From: a virus
Lineage: Duplodnaviria; Caudoviricetes
Length of the DNA stretch: 42,964 nucleotides
IMG/VR virus record: IMGVR_UViG_3300010153_004489
Coordinates: 1 to 42,964 of that record
Reading direction: 5' to 3' (one strand)
The position numbers were made by a program, and so were the translations under genes. Every line of letters begins with the position of its first letter. Within the stretch, counting starts at the first letter, position 1. The notes below the pieces were generated by a model. It worked only from the letters and a program-made list of their open reading frames with translations. It searched no databases and had not been told where the DNA came from. Below are positions 8,154 through 16,762 of the stretch, piece by piece.

Positions 8154-10279
8154 TGGCGCTAATTAAATGGAAACAGCTTAGTAAGGACTTATCAACTGAT
8201 GCAGCCTTAACCGGTTCGCTTAAAGTTAGTGGTTCTATATTAGTAAATGGATCAGCTGTGAGTACTGCTGGAACATCTACTGGTTCTTTAATTAGCACAG
8301 CTAGTGCTACTAATAATACTATTACTTTTACTAAAGGAGATAATACTACTTTTAATGTCACACTACCAAACGGAAATATAACAGCTTCTGGAGATATAAG
8401 TGCAAGTGGTGATGTAATTGCTGACAATGTATCTATTGAAGGCGGGAAGGTTTATGGTAATGAAGCATATAACAATTATCTTAGTTTTCATACTTCAGCA
8501 AGTTTATTTAAAATACAAAATAAAACCTTTATTAAATTTGATGGTAGTAATCCCCAAAGAGAGGTAACTATTAATGAAGGCACTAATGATATTGATTTTG
8601 TAGTTAAAGGGTCTTCTAATAATCCTTTATTTCATGCTGATGCTAATACGAATACAATAGGAACTAATGGTACTGGTACACCCTTAGCTGATTTCCATAT
8701 TGGTGGTAACTTATTAACAGATTCACACATATCAGCGTCAGGTAATATAAGTGCAAGTGGTAATATAAGAGGTTCAAGATTTGAAATAGATGGAGCACCT
8801 CATTATATAGATACAGCTTTAGGTAATTTGTTTATTGTAACTACTGGTTCCGTTGCTATGCAACCAGGCACCGGTAAAGGATTATCAGTAACCGGTCATA
8901 TAACATCCTCAGGAAACATAACAGGATCATTTATAGGAGATGGAGCAGGTTTAATAGGAGTTATCTCGAGTTCATTTGCTCAAACTGCTTCATATGCTCT
9001 CAATGCTGGTGGAGGAACTAGTGATTTAGGAGCATTAAATTCTTTTTCAGCTTCAGTTAATACCTTTACTGGTTCTATAGATGGAGAAGTAACAGCGCTA
9101 ATGTCTGCTACTAGTTCTTACTTAACTAATGCTAGTACAGCTTCTTTAATTTCTAACTCACAGACTAGCTCATTGTCTGTAGCTTCAGCATCATTTAACC
9201 CAATAGCTTATTTATCTGCTAGTACTACTCATTCATTAGAACACATTGAAGTAGCTGATTTTGATAACGATGTAGCTGTATCCTTTACAGGTAATAGATT
9301 AAAATTTGTTTTTGGTACTCCTACATCACCATCAAGTTTAAATTTAGCTAAATCAGGATTCGCTACAAATAGATTTAATAAAATAAGTGATGCTTATACT
9401 ATAAATGCAACTTGGAATAATGGAGGTTATAATTTTATAACAGCCTCTATATTTACAGGTTCAGTATTATTAGCTGCTTCCTCTGGGAGTGGAACATCAT
9501 TATCTGCTAATTTAACCACAACTGGGTCTCATGCTTATTCAGTTCAATATACTGCAAGTTCTCCTTTAGATGGTAGTATATTTACAGATAGTGATACAGT
9601 ATCAGCTACCTTATCTAAAACTAATCCTGGGAATCCTTCTATATCAGATACTGCTACTATTCAATTAGGAGATTCTAGTAATGAATTAGAACAAGGAGCA
9701 ACTGGGTCTATAGCCTTTACAGGGTCTTATGGTAGTTCAAATGACTGGGAGCAAGTATCATTAATAATGAGTGCTTCTTCAGCACCTGCTACTAACCCTG
9801 GTACACTTACTATAACTGGAGCATTAACAGGTTCATCAAGCTTTACCTTATATGCATCATCATCATATAAATCACCAACAGGTGAAAATGATCCTCAACT
9901 ATTTAAATCTAGAACTACTACTACAACGTTTACTAAAATAATAAGTTTACGACATGGGGCTTCCGCTACTGCAGCCTTTACACAAGCGCAGTTTGAAAAC
10001 TTAGGAAGCTGGGATACTAGTCTAAATGGAGATATAGGTACTATTGTAAAAGGAGATGAAAATCCAGTTGGTAATACAGTATCAATTACATGGTCAGGAG
10101 ATAAGTACCATTATATAGTTTATGATGGTTCTAGAAGTGATTTAAGTGGAATAGCAACAAGTGGTTTCGCAGTATTAGGACAGTTTACTAAGACTACTGT
10201 TGGAGATTATAAGGTTTATAGAACAACTGCTTTACAAGCAGGTGGCGGTGGAACAACAATTGAATACGTATTAAGTTAA
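8153..10279 (+). CDS. Fibre-like virion protein (708 aa, Ser/Thr/Gly-rich)
   Basis: Repeated G[N/D]I[S/T]AS units (ITASGDISASGD, ISASGNISASGN) and a beta-rich C-terminal region. Confidence 0.72.
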   Translation: MALIKWKQLSKDLSTDAALTGSLKVSGSILVNGSAVSTAGTSTGSLISTASATNNTITFTKGDNTTFNVTLPNGNITASGDISASGDVIADNVSIEGGKVYGNEAYNNYLSFHTSASLFKIQNKTFIKFDGSNPQREVTINEGTNDIDFVVKGSSNNPLFHADANTNTIGTNGTGTPLADFHIGGNLLTDSHISASGNISASGNIRGSRFEIDGAPHYIDTALGNLFIVTTGSVAMQPGTGKGLSVTGHITSSGNITGSFIGDGAGLIGVISSSFAQTASYALNAGGGTSDLGALNSFSASVNTFTGSIDGEVTALMSATSSYLTNASTASLISNSQTSSLSVASASFNPIAYLSASTTHSLEHIEVADFDNDVAVSFTGNRLKFVFGTPTSPSSLNLAKSGFATNRFNKISDAYTINATWNNGGYNFITASIFTGSVLLAASSGSGTSLSANLTTTGSHAYSVQYTASSPLDGSIFTDSDTVSATLSKTNPGNPSISDTATIQLGDSSNELEQGATGSIAFTGSYGSSNDWEQVSLIMSASSAPATNPGTLTITGALTGSSSFTLYASSSYKSPTGENDPQLFKSRTTTTTFTKIISLRHGASATAAFTQAQFENLGSWDTSLNGDIGTIVKGDENPVGNTVSITWSGDKYHYIVYDGSRSDLSGIATSGFAVLGQFTKTTVGDYKVYRTTALQAGGGGTTIEYVLS

Positions 10280-10285
10280 TAGATT

Positions 10286-10963
10286 ATGGCAATAACGTTA
10301 CCAGGAGGATTTAGTATAACAAATAACGAACCAGCAGATGCTAGGGTTGCCGTAGCCACTAGTGCTTCAAGATTAACTTTATCTACAGCTAATGTATATG
10401 AAGGTTTATTATCTTTTGAACAAAGCACTGACCAATTATTTGTATTAAAAGACGCATCAGCTCCTAGTTCTACAGGATCATGGGAGGTAGTAAATATTTT
10501 TACTATAACTGGATCTCAATATAACTCTCCATATAGTATAGGTATAACTGGATCATTAAATGTTTCTAATTCTTTAGTAGTAACTGGAGACGCAACTATT
10601 ACTGGAGATCTAAAAGTAAGTGGTACCTCCTCAGCAGTAAATACTACTAATTTAACTGTAACTGATAAATTTATATTAGTTAATTCAGGTTCAAATACAG
10701 CTTCTGATAATTCAGGATTAGTATTTGGTGGATCTGAAGGAGCATTATATTCTGGATCTTCTTTATTCTGGAATGGATCATTTAACAGTAATGACGGTAG
10801 GGTAGCAGTAGCAAGCGGAGTAGCTTCAACATCAACAACTGCAACACCAGGTTATTATATGGCAGGAGTAATATCAGGTTCTGAAAATGAAGCTACAGGT
10901 TCACAAGTAGATCATTACGGAAATATAAGAATAGAAAGCGGAGATATCTACATCTACGTATAA
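10286..10963 (+). CDS. Fibre-like virion protein
   Basis: VTGDATITGDLKVSG...NTTNLTVTDKFILVN, typical of phage fibre shafts; C-terminal GDIYIYV. Confidence 0.7.
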   Translation: MAITLPGGFSITNNEPADARVAVATSASRLTLSTANVYEGLLSFEQSTDQLFVLKDASAPSSTGSWEVVNIFTITGSQYNSPYSIGITGSLNVSNSLVVTGDATITGDLKVSGTSSAVNTTNLTVTDKFILVNSGSNTASDNSGLVFGGSEGALYSGSSLFWNGSFNSNDGRVAVASGVASTSTTATPGYYMAGVISGSENEATGSQVDHYGNIRIESGDIYIYV

Positions 10964-10989
10964 GCAGGCACACATTTTAAGTTTATTAC

Positions 10990-11013
10990 AAGGCACTAAG
11001 GTGCCTTTTTTTT
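10990..11013 (+). terminator. Rho-independent terminator
   Basis: AAGGCAC-TAAG-GTGCCTT hairpin followed by a T tract. Confidence 0.85.
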
Positions 11014-11048
11014 GGAGTTTAGCATTATTTTTATTATATTATTAGTAC

Positions 11049-11056
11049 TATTTATA
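11049..11056 (+). promoter_or_regulatory. Putative late promoter motif TATTTATA heading the fibre/glycan operon
   Basis: Recurring octamer after the terminator at 10990-11013. Confidence 0.55.
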
Positions 11057-11065
11057 TTAGAAGCT

Positions 11066-11116
11066 TTATTGGCCCGAGAGGGAAGTGGGCTCTCAATAAT
11101 GAGTAACCAACCGTAA
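11066..11116 (+). ncRNA. Candidate structured cis-regulatory RNA (c-di-GMP-II-riboswitch-like core)
   Basis: GC-rich element in an AT-rich leader: GG-CCC(GAGA)GGG-AAG-TGG-GCTC(tcaataat)GAGT-AA-CCA-A-CC, with nested complementary stems and a GNRA loop. Confidence 0.45.
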
Positions 11117-11127
11117 AACTAAAAATT

Positions 11128-11688
11128 ATGCCGAATTGGAAAAAACTGATTACTTCGGGATCACATGCATCCCTTAGTTCTGTCACCGGATCAATTCTTC
11201 TTTCTGGTGATTTACAAGCAAATTCAAATAATATCTTAGGAGTAGCAAAAGTTGGAGCAGCCTCTAACGACGAGTATTTTGACTTCGGAACCGATGCAAT
11301 GATAAAAGTTGCAATTGATAATACCGAAGACTTTAGATTTGTTGATGGAGGAACCTTTCATGCTAATGCTGATGTAGTTGCATTCTCTTCTACAGTAGCA
11401 TCAGATGAAAAGTTGAAAACTAATATAGTTAGTACTAAATATGGTTTAAGTGATATTTTAAAATTAGACGGAAAAGAGTTTGATTGGAAGAAACATTTAA
11501 ATCAGAAGCATGATATAGGATTCATAGCTCAAGATGTACAAAAAGTCATACCTGAATTAGTAAAAGAGGTAGATGGATTGAACGGAGACGAATCCCATCT
11601 TGCTGTAGACTATGCTAAACTAGTTCCTGTTTTAGTAAACGCTATCAAAGAATTAAAGAATGAAATAGAAGAAATTAAAAAGAAATAA
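11128..11688 (+). CDS. Short tail-fibre-type protein with C-terminal intramolecular chaperone (peptidase S74 / endosialidase chaperone) domain
   Basis: SDEKLKTNI, FDWK, IGFIAQDVQKVIPELV, VDYAKLVPVLVNAIKEL, and a terminal coiled coil. Confidence 0.88.
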   Translation: MPNWKKLITSGSHASLSSVTGSILLSGDLQANSNNILGVAKVGAASNDEYFDFGTDAMIKVAIDNTEDFRFVDGGTFHANADVVAFSSTVASDEKLKTNIVSTKYGLSDILKLDGKEFDWKKHLNQKHDIGFIAQDVQKVIPELVKEVDGLNGDESHLAVDYAKLVPVLVNAIKELKNEIEEIKKK

Positions 11689-11696
11689 GTTACATT

Positions 11697-12248
11697 ATGG
11701 GTTTTATAATAAATGCAGATCTTGAGACAAGTCAAGGACCGACTCAAGAGTTATATTTAAGAGTTGAAGGATTCTCCTTCAATAAAGTTACAGCTGAATT
11801 AGGTTTCCAAATAACCTACTGGATAGATAGAGAACACGCTATTAAACATAATAGGGTATATCTTGAACAAGAGGTTAGACCAATGGTGGGATTAGTACAG
11901 AATAAAATGATGTATTATGAACAGGCGGATTATGACGGAAAAGAAGTTGAATTTAAACATTATCTAAAAGTGAATGTTGCAGAAGAAAGAGAAATAGAAA
12001 TACCAATTTTCGAGATGCAGGAAGTAACCGAAGAAGTGCCTTATATTAGTTTCGATGAAAATGGAGACGAAATAGTAAAGCATAGAAAGATAATAAAAGA
12101 AAAGAAAGTAGAAACTGGTACTTATAAAGAAGTTAAGAGTGTAATAGATACAAAAGCGTTTGATGATATATATGGTTATTGTTATAAACGTTTGTATGAA
12201 CATTTAATAGATATAGTACCAAAAGATAAAATTGAAACAGTAAAGTAA
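11697..12248 (+). CDS. Hypothetical protein, possibly fibre assembly
   Basis: 183-aa ORF between two fibre-like genes. Confidence 0.6.
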   Translation: MGFIINADLETSQGPTQELYLRVEGFSFNKVTAELGFQITYWIDREHAIKHNRVYLEQEVRPMVGLVQNKMMYYEQADYDGKEVEFKHYLKVNVAEEREIEIPIFEMQEVTEEVPYISFDENGDEIVKHRKIIKEKKVETGTYKEVKSVIDTKAFDDIYGYCYKRLYEHLIDIVPKDKIETVK

Positions 12249-12251
12249 ACA

Positions 12252-12707
12252 ATGGCTAGATTTACCTACGGTACAGGAGATATAAGTTATAGTACGTTTC
12301 CGTCTTGGTCCAATGCGATAGCATCTAACCCGGCGGCAACTAATATATCTGCATCTTCAGCATTTAGTGATTATCATCCCTCCCAAAGCTTTTCAGGATC
12401 TAATGTACAAGTTACTAGCTTAACCGGTAGTAGTGTATTTTATGGTTCTATAGTAGCAGGTCCAGGAGGTAATGTAGAAATTACTGCTCCGTATACTGCT
12501 GGTTCATCTAACAATATTACAGTTAAAAATTTAAACATTTCAGCCACATCAGTAACATGTGTTGCCACACCTTCTTATCCTTCTACATTTAATTCATGGA
12601 GAACAGGAGCTAGTGGTAGCGGTGCTTCTATAAGTGTTAATGCTACACTAACTATTACAGATGGAGCCGGCGCAGATCATGAAACTTATTTTGCTTACTT
12701 TACTTAA
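12252..12707 (+). CDS. Ser/Thr-rich virion-associated protein with a C-terminal InlB B-repeat-like domain
   Basis: ATPSYPSTFNSW...YFAYF resembles the B-repeat pattern (A.P..G..F.GW...LYA.F/W). Confidence 0.5.
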   Translation: MARFTYGTGDISYSTFPSWSNAIASNPAATNISASSAFSDYHPSQSFSGSNVQVTSLTGSSVFYGSIVAGPGGNVEITAPYTAGSSNNITVKNLNISATSVTCVATPSYPSTFNSWRTGASGSGASISVNATLTITDGAGADHETYFAYFT

Positions 12708-12725
12708 TAAGTAATTTTAAACGTT

Positions 12726-13580
12726 ATGAAAATAATTTGGGTTTTAGATAATATAAGAGAACGTAAAGACTTTTACAGTAGACTCCACACACTTTTACTT
12801 TTATGCTCGGTAAAACTATGGAAAAAATTCTATCCAGACGATTACTGTGTATTATATTGTGATTCTCTAACAAAAGAGTTTTTAATAGATTTAAAAGTTG
12901 AATGCTTTTGGAATGAAATAATACTTTTAAAAAATAAAAAAAATATTAATAAAAGAGTATTTTGGGCTTCTAGTAAATTAGAAGCATTATCATATCAAAA
13001 AGAACCGGTAACTATAATTGATAATGACTTACTTATATTTTTTCCAATTAAACAATTTTTAAATAAAGATAAAGTATATTTTCATCACCATGAAATAGGT
13101 AATGGTTATTACCCTACTAGTCTAGACAAGTATGTTAAACAGTTGAGCTATAGACCAAGATGGCAAACTGATGCAGTTAATGTAAGTTTACTTCAACTAC
13201 CTGACTATAAATTTACTCAAGAATATACTAATTTAAGTTTAAAACTAATGGAGGAGTTTACCTCTATGAATGTACCGCATTCTCAGTATTTAATATTTGC
13301 TGAACAACTTCTACTAAAACATTTATTAGATAAAGGTAAAGTAGAGTACGGTAGCTTAATTTCTACCGATTGGATTTGTAAAGATTGGGACTGGGGAGAA
13401 AATAATAATAAAGGTATATGGACTATAAATGAATCAGGAAGATATCTAAAGCATTATGGGCCTGAAAAAAATTGGATAGTAGATAACGATAAAGGATTTG
13501 ATTATAAAAAAGAAATAAATCATTTGGAAAATTGCTTAAATTTTCCTATATTAGATTTATCTAAAATTAAAAGATTGTAA
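12726..13580 (+). CDS. Glycosyltransferase-like (GT-A, DUF6734-like) protein
   Basis: FWASSKLEAL..QKEP..IIDND (DxD motif), N-x-S, EQ.LL and a C-terminal H. Confidence 0.55.
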   Translation: MKIIWVLDNIRERKDFYSRLHTLLLLCSVKLWKKFYPDDYCVLYCDSLTKEFLIDLKVECFWNEIILLKNKKNINKRVFWASSKLEALSYQKEPVTIIDNDLLIFFPIKQFLNKDKVYFHHHEIGNGYYPTSLDKYVKQLSYRPRWQTDAVNVSLLQLPDYKFTQEYTNLSLKLMEEFTSMNVPHSQYLIFAEQLLLKHLLDKGKVEYGSLISTDWICKDWDWGENNNKGIWTINESGRYLKHYGPEKNWIVDNDKGFDYKKEINHLENCLNFPILDLSKIKRL

Positions 13581-14341
13581 TGAGTATTTTAGACAAAGAG
13601 TATATAAGGCAGTTTATAACGAATGATGTTGAGTTGGATAAAGACCTCAACGGCAAAGAGTTAAAAAAGTTTAATCCTGTAAAATATAGATGGACCCATG
13701 GAGCAACAGATTACGACTTAGGAGATGGTTTACTAATATACACCATTGTACAGTTAATGAGATATAAAACCTGTGTTTGTTTAGGCTCAGGTGGAGGATA
13801 CATTCCACGTATAATGACTCAAGCAAGATTAGATTTACATGCACAAGGTATATTTGAAGGGAGCATTGACTATAATCATGGAGATATAGGAGTAACTTAT
13901 TTAGTTGATGCTGCTAATGGAATAGGCGGTAAGATAAATTATGATGATGATAAGACATTTTTTAGGTACCAATTTGCACCAAGATATATAAAAGAGACAA
14001 CTGAAAACGCATATTATAACTATTTTGTAAAACAAGATATAAAAATAGATTTTTTACATATTGACGCAGGCCATTCATATGAAGATGTAAAAAACGATTT
14101 TGAATTATATAGTAAACTCTTAACTCCTAATGGAATGATCTCTATCCACGACTCAGATGAAAAATTTCAAAAAGAATTATTAATTACAGAAGATGAAAAG
14201 GAATATTATGAATTTTTTGATGGACCACCTAAATTCATAAAAGAAATAGGACAGGAGTGGAAACAGTTTAATTTCTTTAATAATGGTAACTTTCCTTCTA
14301 AACCAAGTTCAACCGGAATAACTTTATTACAACGTGCTTAA
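13580..14341 (+). CDS. Class I SAM-dependent methyltransferase (Methyltransf_24-like)
   Basis: VCLGSGGG and IDFLHIDAGHSYEDVKNDF...GMISIHD. Confidence 0.85.
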   Translation: MSILDKEYIRQFITNDVELDKDLNGKELKKFNPVKYRWTHGATDYDLGDGLLIYTIVQLMRYKTCVCLGSGGGYIPRIMTQARLDLHAQGIFEGSIDYNHGDIGVTYLVDAANGIGGKINYDDDKTFFRYQFAPRYIKETTENAYYNYFVKQDIKIDFLHIDAGHSYEDVKNDFELYSKLLTPNGMISIHDSDEKFQKELLITEDEKEYYEFFDGPPKFIKEIGQEWKQFNFFNNGNFPSKPSSTGITLLQRA

Positions 14342-15173
14342 TTTAATTACAGTAGTAGGACGAAATACTCATATTTTACCTCATATGCTCAAACATTACG
14401 AGAATATGGTAGATAAGGTATATGTAGTAGTTTATAGACAAGATCCTAACGACGGTATATTAGAAGAAGTAGAAGAGCTAGGAATAAAACCTTTCTGGGT
14501 AGTAACAGATAAAAAATACCATTGGGAAAGAGTTACAGACATTTACAACACAGTCAGAGCTACAAAACCTGACGATTGGTGGATAATATCAGATGACGAT
14601 GAATTGCAATGTTATCCTACTGATTTAGAATATATCATCAAACAATGTAATAACAATGGTTATTCGTTTGTTTCTGGAGGTTTCTTAGACAGAATAGGTA
14701 AAGATGGTACTTTTCCAAAAGTTGACAGAGACACTAATATTTACAAAGCATTTCCTAACGGAGGTTTTTTTAGATATCCAATGTCTGGTGCATGTCCTAA
14801 TAAAGTAACATTAGCTAAAGGGAACCAAAAAATAACTTCCGGACAACATTATGCCTTGTTCGAGAATGGAAATAATAGCTGGGGTTTAAAACATCCTAAA
14901 AGATACCCAGTTGAAGAGTGTTTTACTCAAGTACACCATTTTAAATGGGATAGTACTTGTATAAAACGTATAAAAGAAGTTGCTGATAATAATCAAGAAT
15001 ATTCATATTCTGATGAATACATGAAAATGTATGAAGCAATTAAAGATTGCGATTGGAAAATTAATATAAAAAAAAATGATTATTTAGTTGAAAAATTGAA
15101 TAATTTTAACTATATTAATTATAACGATTATAGCAATTGGAGTAAATTAACAAGTTTAATCATTAAAATTTAA
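14334..15173 (+). CDS. Glycosyltransferase family 2-like protein
   Basis: LPHMLKHY, WWIISDDDE, GQH and VHHFKW motifs. Confidence 0.7.
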   Translation: MLNLITVVGRNTHILPHMLKHYENMVDKVYVVVYRQDPNDGILEEVEELGIKPFWVVTDKKYHWERVTDIYNTVRATKPDDWWIISDDDELQCYPTDLEYIIKQCNNNGYSFVSGGFLDRIGKDGTFPKVDRDTNIYKAFPNGGFFRYPMSGACPNKVTLAKGNQKITSGQHYALFENGNNSWGLKHPKRYPVEECFTQVHHFKWDSTCIKRIKEVADNNQEYSYSDEYMKMYEAIKDCDWKINIKKNDYLVEKLNNFNYINYNDYSNWSKLTSLIIKI

Positions 15174-15176
15174 ATT

Positions 15177-15371
15177 ATGGCTACAAGAGTAACTAGTAAA
15201 GATGATGCTGCAGCACTTGAAGAAAGAAAAGTGAAAGCATTAGAAAAGATCGCTGCCTCTGTTGACGCCCTAGCTTATTGGTTCGAAGATATCGATAAGA
15301 CTGAGTGGAGTGAAAGAGCGCAATGGTATTTGACTGAGTATTACGAGAAGTATGTTGGAAAAGGAGAGTAA
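15177..15371 (+). CDS. Small hypothetical protein
   Basis: 64-aa ORF that exactly fills the gap between two genes. Confidence 0.6.
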   Translation: MATRVTSKDDAAALEERKVKALEKIAASVDALAYWFEDIDKTEWSERAQWYLTEYYEKYVGKGE

Positions 15372-15373
15372 GT

Positions 15374-16762
15374 GTGGAAAGATTAGCTATCATAGTTCCT
15401 TACAGAGATAGGCAGGAGCAGTTAGATAAATTCACAACCTTTATTCAACAGTATTTACAGAATAGGAAGTATGATTATTTTCTTATAGTAGTAGAGCAGG
15501 ATGACGATAAACCGTTTAATCGTGGTAAATTACTTAATATTGGGTTTACAGAAGCTCAAAGAAGAAGATGTGATTACGTTGTGTTTCACGATGTGGACAT
15601 GCTTCCTATAGATGTAAATTATGGAGGAATAGATTACCCAGTACATTTAGCAACAGATTTATTACCTTTCGAAGAATATTTTGGGGGTATTACTTTATTT
15701 CCTACCCCTGATTTTGAGAGAATCAATGGATTTTCAAATAATTATTGGGGATGGGGATTTGAAGATGATGATCTAATGCATAGATGTATAATGAATAATC
15801 TTAAACTTAACACAATTAAAAAAGAAGTTGTTATTCCACCTCGTACAGATTTAAAATTTAACGGAGCTAATGCTTATATAGAGATGTTAAATCCTATTAA
15901 TATAAAGGATTCATTTTCTATTATATTAGAATTTGTACCGGAAAAGAATTTCTTTAATCATAGATCTGATTCTGATAAGTTTAGTTTATTCTCTATACCA
16001 GGATTCGATTTTTCTATTTCGTATACTTCTTTTAATAGATTTAAATTAGAGTTTTTCGATTCATTAAATAACTATCATCAAATATTCTCAGATATTAGTA
16101 ATATTAGGAATTTACCAACTAAGCTTTTTGTTACTTATAGTAAACAGCAACAGTTAATATACTTTTACCTTAATAATAAGTTAGTAGGTAAGATAGAGGT
16201 GCCTCTTAGTTTTTATAACTATAATGAAGAATCTAAAGCTTATATAGGTAGTAGTAAAGGTACTGAATCGTTTTTTAAAGGAACTATTAATAATATTGCT
16301 TTTTATAAAAGTTATTTGAATAAGAAACAGTTAAATAGTATATTCGAAAATAAACATTATAGTTTATCTCAAGAATTTGAAGACTATTCAGATGCACACT
16401 TTTTAACTACTTACTATGATACTAAGTTTGTAAAAGACTATAAAACTATAGATCTTTCTGGTAATAATAATTTAGGTCGTATTTTTAACTGTGAAATAAC
16501 TAAAAGTTCTAATAAGCTGAGAGATATTCAATATATTCCTTATAGAAGAATTAGTAAAATAAAACATTTAATTCATGATAATAATGGATTTACAGACGGG
16601 AATTGGAAAGATAAAATGACAAGATGGAATCAGTTAAAATATCATAATGAAGTTTCAAAAGGATTTCATGATATAGATAAAGATGGTATTAATTCATTAG
16701 ATTTTAAATTGAATAAAAGAACTACAAGTAATAAGTATATACATTTAAACGTAGAATTATGA
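15374..16762 (+). CDS. GT7 (beta-1,4-galactosyltransferase-like) glycosyltransferase with inserted LamG/ConA-like domain
   Basis: AIIVPYRDR, FNRGKLLNIG, FHDVDMLP, YFGG, NGFSNNYWGWGFEDDD; insert runs LKFNG...DLSGNNN; ends DGINSL. GTG start. Confidence 0.9.
   Translation: MERLAIIVPYRDRQEQLDKFTTFIQQYLQNRKYDYFLIVVEQDDDKPFNRGKLLNIGFTEAQRRRCDYVVFHDVDMLPIDVNYGGIDYPVHLATDLLPFEEYFGGITLFPTPDFERINGFSNNYWGWGFEDDDLMHRCIMNNLKLNTIKKEVVIPPRTDLKFNGANAYIEMLNPINIKDSFSIILEFVPEKNFFNHRSDSDKFSLFSIPGFDFSISYTSFNRFKLEFFDSLNNYHQIFSDISNIRNLPTKLFVTYSKQQQLIYFYLNNKLVGKIEVPLSFYNYNEESKAYIGSSKGTESFFKGTINNIAFYKSYLNKKQLNSIFENKHYSLSQEFEDYSDAHFLTTYYDTKFVKDYKTIDLSGNNNLGRIFNCEITKSSNKLRDIQYIPYRRISKIKHLIHDNNGFTDGNWKDKMTRWNQLKYHNEVSKGFHDIDKDGINSLDFKLNKRTTSNKYIHLNVEL

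Noticed and set aside
8370-8770. Repeated ATATAAGTGCAAGTGGT segments as a DGR template/variable repeat or CRISPR repeat
   Set aside because: They are short in-frame copies encoding ISASG fibre repeats; there is no reverse transcriptase, adenine-specific variation or spacer periodicity.
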